This document shows, one piece after another, positions 47,267-57,763 of a DNA stretch of 64,000 bases. The translations under genes were made by a program, and so were the position numbers. Where the stretch lies: positions 1 to 64,000 of the forward strand of contig BCGN01000005.1 in the NCBI GenBank assembly GCA_001599295.1. Reading direction: 5' to 3'. How positions within the stretch are numbered: the first letter of the stretch is position 1; the number at the start of each line of letters is the position of its first letter. The DNA comes from Sporopachydermia quercuum (lineage: Eukaryota). Below the pieces are notes generated by a model that made no database searches, was not told the DNA's origin, and saw nothing but the letters and a program-made list of their open reading frames with translations.

Positions 47267-49415
47267 ATGATGAACGGCTGGAAGTCATCATTATTATCAG
47301 TGAGAAACCAGTATCAAGTATTGATTAGGAGGGAATTAGCAACAACGTTTCTTGGTAGAGCAAGTGCAAACCGCAAAGCAGTAGGTAGGAAAAGGAAAAG
47401 AGCTTTACCAAAGAATACGTATTCTTTGGAACATGTATGTAAGCATTTGGCGAGAAGGTGATGAGAGTGTGCTTTGAAACAAAAAGGAAAAGAAAAGAAT
47501 TGACATGATGAGAAGAATGAAATGAGCGGGCTTGTTGAAGTGAACAGTCATATATTTATTCTGAAGATGCTGCCGTTTGAGCATTTAATGGAGTTTGATG
47601 AGAATCATTTTCAGATGTTGTTCCACTCAATGGTACTATTAGAAGAGAGCTATGCATATTGTATGCAAAGAATGAGCAAGTGCTCGTAAAATCAAGAGAA
47701 AAAAAGGGATACAGGCCACAAACAAGCAAACATTCCTGACAGTATTAGCAAGTTGAAAATTACCCCATATGCCAATGGCTGAATCAGTGCTCCAAGTTGT
47801 GGTCTACTAATGATTCTAATGATAGTTCAGTTTAAATCAACAAATAAATTGTGATGTCAGGAGTTATCAGAATTTGAGCTTCGAATGATGAGAAGTTGCT
47901 GATTCAGTGGTTTATTCAATTGGTATGGTATTNGGTTCTTGCTATTGTAGTTACTATGGTTCACATGGTGGTAGTTACTATTCATCTGGATTGTACTTAT
48001 TTGCGGTCTGATTAATTGAGAGAAATGATAGCAACAAGTGTACTGGAATGACCAGTAGTTTTTTGTTGCTCAAATGAGCATGAAAGATTCATAATGACGG
48101 TGTGATTTTCAGCTGAGCTCGAGTTCGAACTCTTTGATTGTTCACGGCTGGTTCAATGATCTTTGCTGATTTATCCTTCATAATGATGATCGAGGGTATC
48201 ACTGGAAGAATATCAGAATAGTACATTGCAAAAAAGAGAGTGAGCATTTATCAAACTACCAATATCAATTTCCGAATGCTGCTGTGGAAATCCGTTTTTA
48301 TATTCAACAAGGCTGAAATCGTTGTTTTGTTGAATGAATCACTGCTTTCAGTATCAGTCAAAGATCAGCGAATCCGTACAATGCTGATGACTTAAATAAT
48401 AAAGGAGGAGCTAATCAGGAACGGTTTCCTTTGCTACAACTGACGCTGAATGAATAATGGTAGAAAATAATGGAAAATGAGAATCCTGATTAAAATAGTG
48501 ACTGTTGATGTTGATGATGTATTGAGTCTCTTGGTCAATTAACCAGCAATGGCCGTTATAGAATCTACTGTTTGGACACAAATGCTTGCACCAATGTTGT
48601 CTGAAACAGAAGTCATTGTATAATATAACTTATTTTATTTTATTTATTAAATCAATCATCAGCATCCACTAATCTCCCGTCGTCAATGCACTTTCAAATG
48701 CCGAAATCCTTCTCATAAGAATTCCTGGACTATATTGCTACTAACATCTTCTCACTAGTTCATATATATCTCTAAAGTAAAGAAACTATGGAGATCAATT
48801 GTGCGGTCAAGTTATAAACTTGATGAAATAACAAGGAAGGATTTGCTTGATTTTGCAAGATATGAATTCAAGTCAACTCCAATGGGTGAATTAGTAAGTA
48901 ATCAAGAGCCTTTATGTGTCTGATTGTTATTTCTTCCGAATGATTTGATGAATCATTAAACAATGCACCTTGACGCTCTTCTTTTAATATACGCTGAGAG
49001 GCAGAACATGGCATTCATTGCTACTACCAGAAGATGAGATATTAGGAAATCGGGAAATTGATGGACTCTTCTTTTTAGAGGAAACACTATTAAGACTTTG
49101 GTTTGAGGATGATATATTTCAAATGAGTGTTGTTAAGTATTTCCTCTGCTAAAGCTGACGGATCTATCCTTTTCCTCAATACTTCTTATTTACTTTCGCT
49201 ATTATTTCAACGTTAGCTACCATCATTTTCTTCCTTTTTTCTTTTCTTTTCTTATTTCTAATTAGTTTATCAATCTTACTGACAAATCCATTCAGTCTGA
49301 AATGAGATATCACTTATCGAAAGGCACTAAACAATACAGAGATACTTGTAAGCAGCTTGGATTAGCAACAAATGAAGTGTTTGATGTTGATGAGATTCAA
49401 AGCATCATGCAATAG
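47267..49415 (+). CDS. Mitochondrial LYR-motif protein (LYRM2-like), 140 aa; 3 exons (47267-47434, 48759-48893, 49296-49415)
   Basis: Spliced: MMNGWKSSLL...KNTYSLEH|FIYISKVKKLWRSIVRSSYKLDEITRKDLLDFARYEFKSTPMGEL|SEMRYHLSKGTKQYRDTCKQLG...*. Intron 1: GTATGT at 47435, TACTAAC 48739-45, TAG 48758. Intron 2: GTAAGT at 48894, TACTGAC 49277-83, CAG 49295. The SLEHF, LWR, AR.EF and RY..S.G elements match the LYRM2 pattern. Confidence 0.85.
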
Positions 49416-49439
49416 AGAGTGTGGAATTGGAAGATCCGC

Positions 49440-50100
49440 TGCTGAACGAATTACTAGCTGAACGTTAGATAGAATAAACTCACCGCGTGAAATAGTTCGG
49501 AACCCATCTAGTCAAAGGCGGGAATTGTTTGGATTATTTGCGATATTTTGTGCAGGAAGGAATCTTGCTGCATGGGGCCACTGTAAGTATCTCCAAATGG
49601 TTCTCCCGGCGGAGGAGAAACGCACGTTGAAGCAGCTTTTCAATGGCCCATAACGAATGTGCGTACGGAAGTTTTAGTACGCGAACGAGATAGGATACAG
49701 AGACCATAGATGTTACTGGGTAACGGTGAACTGGTGTTGGTGTAACCATCTCGGCTCTCTCCTTAACCTGTTTCCCTTTAATTGTAGTCTATTAACTGCC
49801 TTACTATTAGAGTGTCTTTCGGCTAGCATTAGAACATCTTTACTATTAGTAGTATTCGGTGTTAGTTCAATAGCATGTGAGAACAGACTATTTGAAAAAA
49901 GCTCTATGTGCAAGGTTGACAGTTTTGGCATAACTAAATGCTGAATCCTGAATACTCAATACTGAATTCTTATAGTAGATACGTTTGAAAAGAGTAAGTA
50001 AATCCAATCTGGCACGGAGCAGAAGAAGTACGGCATCCCTCGCAACAGAAATAGGTATAGTAATAGGATAACCTGTTGTATTCACCGAGCGAAATGAACA
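49440..50100. ncRNA. Putative structured non-coding RNA of unknown identity (telomerase-RNA candidate)
   Basis: GC-elevated island without a credible ORF, with many local hairpins and nested long-range pairings found by eye. No diagnostic snRNA, RNase P or SRP motifs seen. Confidence 0.4.
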
Positions 50101-50868
50101 TAAATATCAAAATTGTGAAGCCTCTAATAATACTGGAAAGTTGATTGTTCTTCTCTTCAGTAAGCACAATTCATTTGAAATATTACAAGCATTGCCTTTT
50201 TCAGGAATAATGCAACATATACACATTTTCATCAGCAGTTATTATTCTATCAACTTCCTCCTTTGCATACTTCATCTTCTTCTCATTTAAACCTCATCAA
50301 CAAAAAGTTCCAGGAAATAAACATTTCTAAAGAGAATATTCAATAACAGAGATAAGCAATAAAGAATAAGTAGTTTGTATATTATGAAGCATATTATTAT
50401 GTAAATGTACCAATCCCTGTCACGGAAAGCACGAAAACTAAACACAGATTATTAAAGTAGAAACAGCTATGAGATGGTCGTTCGAGGCAAAAGTCCTTCT
50501 ATATTACAACAAAGCAGTTGAAGATAGAATTATATATTTACAACAGACAATATGATATTTAGATCTATCTGTGATCATGTTATACTATTATAGGTTTATA
50601 GATTTAAAGAGTTATAAACTTGTAGATGCATTGAGATATTTCATGATCATACATTGTTGATATATGCTGTATCATTCCTTCAAAACAAAAGCTGCTTAGC
50701 ATCAAGTCATGGAATACCAATATTTACTAACAAATTCAACCAGACTATCAAACACTTTAAATAAATGTACTATCATTAACTTCATAGCTGATCTATCAGC
50801 TAGAACCCATTCATTCCATTATACGTTCTGGATTCTATCTATCCTATATTATATGTTACTTCCACTGG

Positions 50869-53490
50869 TCAAGTACTTCTGACAGTATTCCAATTAGAAT
50901 ACTGAGATAATTTCAGCTTGTCCACAACAGTACTAAGCACAGTAATTTCAACATCAACACTGCCACACCAATCCTTCAACTTATCTTTGTAGCTATCAAG
51001 CGCCACTTCATTCTTATCACGGCATTCCTTAGCATATTGTGTTTTAACCCATGAGAATTTATCCATAGCCTTCAGCTTTACAGACTCAACAGAAGGTAAA
51101 TGAGGCTTCAATTGGTTTCTGTTGCCTTGTAAATAGACCATATAATCAATAATCAAATGTAACACATCGATAGCAGAAAAAACCTTATGGAAAGTTAACC
51201 AATTGGTCTCCTTTCCAGGCGTAGGNTGTCTCAGCAGTTTAGTATTAATAATATCAATATTATCAGAAATTTGTTGATAGAACTGCTGTTTATTCTTATT
51301 TAATGATAGTTTGGCTAAAAGAAGGACTACTTCGCAGTTCCATTTTTCTTCGGCCGTAAGCTCAACGGAATACTGTTCATCGTTGACCATAGCTTCAAAA
51401 GCATTTACCTTCTGCTTATTCGTATCATCAACTGATGACAATCCGTCAATCAGATGGTTCCTTTTAATGAACAATTCAATGTATTTATCGCTTTGTTTAG
51501 GACCAATTGAAAAGTGTTTGAAATACAATTCGTTTATGCCGCTTGGTTCGTTTCCTTTATTAAACAAGCATTGCAGATCACGATTATCCTTCCAAAAGCC
51601 TAGTTCATTCTTATAATTCAAGTCGTAGTCATTTGTTATAATTGTTGGCTTCATACGTAAAATAGCTTCAGATCTCGATAACTCCAAGTATAACAAACCT
51701 CTGGTTAAACTGCTTGACAGCCGTTGGTTGAATTCAATCATTGAACCTATCTGAGTGTAATTCCCATCTTCAATAGACAATTGGAGAAAACCTGATGCTG
51801 ATGGTAGTGTTTCATTATAGAAGGCTAACTGTTGAGTTAATTGTTTTGTATTCGGTGATACAGTTGAGACCCTTGTTGTTACTAGATACGACATTATATC
51901 ATTTTGGATCTTTTTAATAGATAAATGTTGATACAATGCTTCGGCTTGGATATCGCATCCCAAATATGAATACAATGCTATTAAGCAGATTCTGGTTGTG
52001 AATTCATGTAAATCTGCTTGGCAGGCGTTTTCTAGCAGCACGATTGCTTTTAAGACTGTAGCAAACGATTGGTCAATGGTCAACATAGTATTAACAGCAA
52101 GGAGAATAAATATATCGCCAGGATGATAATCGGTGGTTTCTTTATCAGCCAATAAATGCTTAGTAGAATTGTATAAACTGATGCATTCATCAGCAAAACC
52201 AATAGATGACTCATTCTTGGCATCCAATATATACCGCAATCTCTGAATGTTAACCAGTCTGTTTAGTTCATTGATGGAACAGTTGCTGGGAGAAACAGTA
52301 CCATATTCAGTAGATAGATAAGAAAGCAAGGAATCCGTCTCCGATTCGAAAGCATCTGGAAACTCAATAAAAAACTGTTTCAAATCATAGAATGCACATA
52401 GTTTTGATCCGTACACTTTGAAGTATGATTTGATGGCTGTAAAAATAGAATCCCATTGTTTCGTATATAGAATATGGTATTTTATCCATCCCAGCAACAG
52501 GTTTCTACTGGTAGAACCAACTGTAGAAGCAGCTGTTGAGCCTGTGCTTGCATCTGAAGAAACTTTAGCAAAGATATCAGAAAGATGGTCAAGAAATTCC
52601 TTTACTTCTGCTGAGAATTGCTTGTGCGTAGTATTGTCCTTAGGCTGATCATCCATCTCTTTACCTGCAATAATAACACTATTTATCAGTGTCCAGTCAT
52701 CTTGCTTGTTCTCTTCAACGGAAAGCTTTGCAAACTTATATAACAAATCCCACTGTTTCCCCTCTGTAAGCTTATCAATAGTTATACATTGTAGTTCTAA
52801 ATTGAACTTCTCCGTTGATTTCTGCCTGCCCAAGTAATCCATTGTCACATTATACACATCCGCATGCTTACCGCATAGAGAGCAAAAGAGACAATGAATG
52901 TACACTTCCTCTGGTGTTTGCAAAGGTGCCAATGATGTGATTATTTTCATTCCTAATGTAGAAAACAGTCTTTTATCTAACGCTGTCGGATTCGTATAAG
53001 GGTATTCGATGATCAATGCACATAGCAAACTTGCAATCAACCCATGGTTTCTCTTCTTAAAATTATTGTATAGATTAATGGCAGCTTTCTGCATAAGTCT
53101 GACGTTCAGGATGTTCTTCATATTAACAAAGTATAAATACTGGAATGGTTCATAGTTGGGATATTTCTTGATTATTGTATCGTAGAGCTTTGTCAATAAT
53201 GCATCGTTACCTTTAACGATGAGGAGATTGCTCAATAGGTTAATTGCTTTGATATCAGTAGGTACATTGGTAATGATGGAATTGATTCGCTCGTCACAGT
53301 CAGCTGATTTCCCTTGAAGGTGATATATATACCCTAGCAAAGAGCTGTAATAAACATCCTTGGGGTCTTTTTTCAATTGCTTGTTGATATGTTGAATAGC
53401 GAATTTGTAGCTCTTGGATTCAATCGAGTTGAGAATAGCTAGCTCTTTGTCTGATTTGACAGCATTGAAATCAAGAACTTTTAGCGACAT
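50869..53490 (-). CDS. MDM20: NatB N-terminal acetyltransferase auxiliary subunit
   Basis: TPR-like N-terminus, RNLLLG, K.CAFYDL, HLSIKKIQND motifs. Adjacent to BRX1 and ATP19, as in S. cerevisiae. Confidence 0.88.
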   Translation of the reverse strand: MSLKVLDFNAVKSDKELAILNSIESKSYKFAIQHINKQLKKDPKDVYYSSLLGYIYHLQGKSADCDERINSIITNVPTDIKAINLLSNLLIVKGNDALLTKLYDTIIKKYPNYEPFQYLYFVNMKNILNVRLMQKAAINLYNNFKKRNHGLIASLLCALIIEYPYTNPTALDKRLFSTLGMKIITSLAPLQTPEEVYIHCLFCSLCGKHADVYNVTMDYLGRQKSTEKFNLELQCITIDKLTEGKQWDLLYKFAKLSVEENKQDDWTLINSVIIAGKEMDDQPKDNTTHKQFSAEVKEFLDHLSDIFAKVSSDASTGSTAASTVGSTSRNLLLGWIKYHILYTKQWDSIFTAIKSYFKVYGSKLCAFYDLKQFFIEFPDAFESETDSLLSYLSTEYGTVSPSNCSINELNRLVNIQRLRYILDAKNESSIGFADECISLYNSTKHLLADKETTDYHPGDIFILLAVNTMLTIDQSFATVLKAIVLLENACQADLHEFTTRICLIALYSYLGCDIQAEALYQHLSIKKIQNDIMSYLVTTRVSTVSPNTKQLTQQLAFYNETLPSASGFLQLSIEDGNYTQIGSMIEFNQRLSSSLTRGLLYLELSRSEAILRMKPTIITNDYDLNYKNELGFWKDNRDLQCLFNKGNEPSGINELYFKHFSIGPKQSDKYIELFIKRNHLIDGLSSVDDTNKQKVNAFEAMVNDEQYSVELTAEEKWNCEVVLLLAKLSLNKNKQQFYQQISDNIDIINTKLLRXPTPGKETNWLTFHKVFSAIDVLHLIIDYMVYLQGNRNQLKPHLPSVESVKLKAMDKFSWVKTQYAKECRDKNEVALDSYKDKLKDWCGSVDVEITVLSTVVDKLKLSQYSNWNTVRST

Positions 53491-54258
53491 CTTCAGGATA
53501 AAAGCATTAGATAGCAGCCTTAAAAATAGTACATTAAAAATATGTCAAACAAAGCAGCTAGCAAATAATAAAGATCGGACATCACCAACGGTTTGCGGTC
53601 AAAGTGCCAGAAGAAAGGAGAGGAGCAAATCGTTGCCTGGTAGGTGAGTAAGTAATGGGAGCAGGTGAAAGCCAACCAACTAGAGAATATATAAAACTCC
53701 GAAATGGACCCAAAATTGAGGCTTTAATGATGTTTTCAATAGACAAAAGTTCATAGCAATGTTGAATAGTCGAAGGAATAAAACGAGATGATGAATTTCC
53801 GTTCGATCCAATTTTTCACTAACAACCACAGTTCTTTATGTATGGGAAATGGGACATTCTTGAAAGGTCTTCCATGACCCTGGTTTTTGGACAACATAAA
53901 GTCAATGTTTTTAGTAGTAGTTTAAAATTTTTTAATTTGTAAGAGAAAGTGAAAATGAAATCCTCAACATAAGACAGGATTTCTCTACTGGATATTCTCT
54001 ACAGTATTGTTACTCAAGGAGTTGATCTTAGAATAACTAAGATAGTGAGTGACTGCTAAGTATTGATTAAAAATACATATGAGTTTTTATTATCAAAGTG
54101 GAGATAGTATAATTGTTAAGGATAAAGACTTACTGATTATTTATTAGGTCTGTGATATTAGTACATTGGCGGCGGCGGACAGACAGGAGTGTTAATTATC
54201 CATACTTTTGAGAGAATTTATATATTCATAATAATAAGCGTCATCATCATCGTCAAAA

Positions 54259-55149
54259 ATGTCGTCAATCTATAAAGCATTATCATCAGGCAAAACGTCC
54301 GAAAAAAAGAAGACAAATGACCAAAAGTTCAAGAATAGACAAAGATTACTCATAATATCATCAAGAGGTGTAACTTATAGACATCGTCATTTGATCAATG
54401 ATTTAACATTAATGTTACCACATGGAAGAAAAGAAGCCAAGTTTGACACAAAATCAAAACTTTATCAACTAAATGAACTTGCAGAATTATACAATTGTAA
54501 CAATATTTTCTTTTTTGAAGCAAGAAAGCACATGGATTTATATTTTTGGATGTCGAAAGCACCAAATGGACCAACCATGAAATTCCATGTTCAAAATATG
54601 CATACTATGGAAGAATTAAATTTTGTTGGAAACTGTTTGAAAGGTTCTCGACCTATATTATCATTTGATAATTCATTTGAAGATTCAGACCATACAAAGC
54701 TCATGAAAGAAATGTTCATTCATATGTTTGGTGTACCACCTATGGCTAGAAAATCAAAGCCTTTCGTCGATCATGTTGTGACTTTCGGTATTGTTGATGG
54801 AAAGATTTGGATTAGAAACTATCAAATTCAAGAAACTTTGAAGCAAAAAGAAGATGACGAAGAATTGCTGAAGAAAGGAAAATCTGATCCTGAATATGAA
54901 ACTTCATTAGTTGAAGTTGGTCCAAGGTTCGTTCTAACGCTAATCACCATATTAGAAGGATCTTTCAGCGGGGCTGTTATTTATGAAAACAAGGAGTTTG
55001 TTTCTCCTAACTTCATTAGAGCTCAACTTAAGCACAAGGCTGCTCAACAAGCTGAATCCAGACATCAAGCCACTATTGAACGAAAGATCAAGAAGTCGCA
55101 AGCCGTTCTTGCTGCTGATCCTTTGGATAATAGCATGTTATTCAAATGA
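54259..55149 (+). CDS. BRX1: Brix-domain 60S biogenesis factor
   Basis: MSSIYKAL, NRQRLLIISSRG, NMHTMEELNFVGNCLKGSRP, LVEVGPRFVL. Confidence 0.97.
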   Translation: MSSIYKALSSGKTSEKKKTNDQKFKNRQRLLIISSRGVTYRHRHLINDLTLMLPHGRKEAKFDTKSKLYQLNELAELYNCNNIFFFEARKHMDLYFWMSKAPNGPTMKFHVQNMHTMEELNFVGNCLKGSRPILSFDNSFEDSDHTKLMKEMFIHMFGVPPMARKSKPFVDHVVTFGIVDGKIWIRNYQIQETLKQKEDDEELLKKGKSDPEYETSLVEVGPRFVLTLITILEGSFSGAVIYENKEFVSPNFIRAQLKHKAAQQAESRHQATIERKIKKSQAVLAADPLDNSMLFK

Positions 55150-55498
55150 ATGGTCTGTGGATGGAAGGAGAAAAGAGAGTGAGTATCATTTTACTAGAGA
55201 AATTCGCATACATGTATGAGTTCAAGAGTTGATCAATAAATGAGTTTATTAAATGGATCATTAGTAACCGTAGACCCACATTTTGGTTTGCATTTCTAAG
55301 TACTTTCTTCCTTACAGTGAATATACTACAGTAATAAATACCAAAAAGATATAAATGCAAACAATAGAAACTTTTGCAATTCCAAAACTAAGTAAGATGA
55401 ACAAAAAGATGGAAGTGCTGAAAACAATTGTATACTATCTACTCATATAAACATTATTCAATAACCCCCTCAACATGACCAAATATTCAGGATGAAAT

Positions 55499-56068
55499 TT
55501 AGTGCTTTTCAGCAGCTTCAGCCTTCTTGATGTATTCTCTGGCTATTGTTAGTAACAGATTGTCTTACATAAACCAGACTGCTCAATGGTTATCGCATAG
55601 TGGTTATTATGATGATGACTCGACAGGTATTACTTACAAAACAAACTTTTCTTCTTCAGGACTGCCAGCATTGATAGGAGGAGAAGCAAGAGTAGGTTTA
55701 CCTCCCTTAGGAATAGCAGCAAACACTACGAGACCCAAGGTAGCTAAAGCAAGCTATAATATGTGTTAATAATGGAACAATCAATATTTGCGGTTGTGAT
55801 CTTTGAGACGTTATGAGGAAGTACAATGTGAATATCTGACTTCCAGGATAGCCAATGCATCAATTAATCATCCCGTTTGATATTGTTTAATTATAAATCG
55901 GTCGATATTTGGATCTCCTTCAATATATTTCATCATTCATCTGTGATCTTTTACTGATTCATTCATTCCTAGTCGAACTACTCAAACCTCAAATCTCTAT
56001 CTCGATAGTTCTCCACTTACTTGGTGAGGATAGACGGTCTTACCGAAAATGTTATAAGTAGCACCCAT
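55499..56068 (-). CDS. ATP19: Mitochondrial ATP synthase subunit k; 3 exons (56068-56021, 55753-55638, 55538-55499)
   Basis: Spliced MGATYNIFGKTVYPHQ|LALATLGLVVFAAIP...PINAGSPEEEKFV|LEYIKKAEAAEKH*. GTAAGT donors, TATTAAC and TACTAAC branches, YAG acceptors; BRX1 synteny. Absent from the ORF track. Confidence 0.93.
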
Positions 56069-56560
56069 TGTTGATATATTCTATTGCAAATTAATTGACA
56101 AAAAATACTTCTTTTCTTGCTTAGCTATTGACTTTGTATCAATAATAAATGTCTGCCCTATATCGTCTGATATACTATGCTTATTATGAGAGGACCGTCG
56201 AGAGTGAAATTAATCCACATTGATTGATTGCTGGACATGGGTTGATGTACATGTTATTTCTTAAGTGATATTATAAGTGATGTGTTTTACGCTGAGGAAG
56301 ACATTTGAGTATGCCATTTGATGTCTCATCACGATAAAGTGTAAAGATGAGATGTGAGGTTGGATATCTAAATAAACAGTAATGTGGAATATACAGGATA
56401 AGGATACTCAAATAAGATGATATTCATATCAATTAGGCTAGAAATTTAAAGATTAAAGAAATATGAGGTATGTATGTGTATCTGTAAGTTTGGTTGTCAT
56501 CTAAGGTTTATGTCTATGTGAGTTGAGTTGAGGTTAAGTCTGTCTTTAAGTTAGCAGATA

Positions 56561-57079
56561 TCAATTGATTTGTTGGTCATAAGGTACCTGAGCAGTTGTT
56601 ATGGGATTCATCATGCTCTCTATCATAGGTCTTAGCATCATACCAAAAGGGGTATTCAAGACTGTAGAAGGTAAATCTGAAATGTGTTGAGGATACGACA
56701 GTTTCTCGCCAATCAGGAATTCAGCTAAATCTCTTGAGAAATGGTTGCAGTTATGATCAAAAAGATTATACTTTGTATGCGAATATTCTTCTTTCAATTC
56801 TTCAATATACTCTTCAATAATATCGACATCTAGATCAGTGGTACCTAGAGTTTCAATCTGTAAAGGTACCCCATGATGTGAAGTTCCAGGTCTAACAGCT
56901 TGTACCCCGTGACCGTAGAAGTACTCTCTATCATGAACTACAACAGATGTATGCCAAACTCCCTCAAGCTGGATACCCAATAGTTGTGGAGAAAGCTGCT
57001 TCGCCAATCCTTTTGATAGATCATAGATATACAATTGAACAAGATGTTGGTTCTCTTCCTTAGCTTCTTCCAATGTCAT
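56561..57079 (-). CDS. PPPDE/DeSI-family desumoylating or deubiquitinating isopeptidase
   Basis: VQLYIYDLSKG, catalytic His in GVWHTSVV, catalytic Cys in YNLFDHNCNHFS. First ATG at 57079. Confidence 0.92.
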   Translation of the reverse strand: MTLEEAKEENQHLVQLYIYDLSKGLAKQLSPQLLGIQLEGVWHTSVVVHDREYFYGHGVQAVRPGTSHHGVPLQIETLGTTDLDVDIIEEYIEELKEEYSHTKYNLFDHNCNHFSRDLAEFLIGEKLSYPQHISDLPSTVLNTPFGMMLRPMIESMMNPITTAQVPYDQQIN

Positions 57080-57763
57080 GGTATCAATTCTGTGGCTTCT
57101 ATTAAGCACTTCCTCTATAGTACAAAATTCTCTACTTTACTGCCAGTGGCTCCTTCTCTTTTAATTTCTGACTTGTCAACTTCTTTCCGCTCACTTGCTT
57201 CGGCTGCTTTATCACTTGAATTATCTATTGTCTCTCTATAACTTCTTAACTTCAATTTTTCGCTACTAGTGTTCTGTATAAAAATAAAACATGAATACCT
57301 TCCAACCCATTAAATAGAAAATTACTCGATTCTTTTTGCCCTCCAGAAGCTTATCTTGTGGCCACCGAGAGGAATAAAGTTTACCAAATATTCATGTGAC
57401 ATTCACACTCCAATCGTTTTTGAATCACGTAATTATTAAATGCTCTTTAAACCTCCCAAAACACTCCTAAGTTACAATTAGGTAATGTCCCTTTCTTTGC
57501 GAAACTAGTCGTTGAATCGCCACATTCACTGTATGTATATGTGTGCCTTTCAAATACAGCTAACTATCTATCCACTATCAATTCTCGCTTTATATATATA
57601 ATCAATCAACTATTTACGGTAGTGTAGAAATAATAAAGTGTTAGATGTTGGTACAATTGACAAATACTGGAACTGATTAACTGGTCATTTCTTGTGAACC
57701 AAGTACTTATCATTGACATATTTCATAAGAATTACCAAGTAGCAACACACACTAAAATCAGTC

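Noticed and set aside
48110..48135. GAGTTCGAACTC as a tRNA T-arm
   Set aside because: The loop is 6 nt and there is no cloverleaf. No tRNA was found in the window.
48549..48611. Short ATG-initiated frame as the main first exon of the LYRM2-like gene
   Set aside because: It needs a poor GTCATT donor. The exon at 47267-47434 has GTATGT, a presequence and the SLEH|F junction. Kept only as a possible minor isoform.
49581..49590. ATACTTACAG on the minus strand as a U1 snRNA 5' end
   Set aside because: Deviates from AUACUUACCU and is not followed by a U1-70K loop or Sm site.
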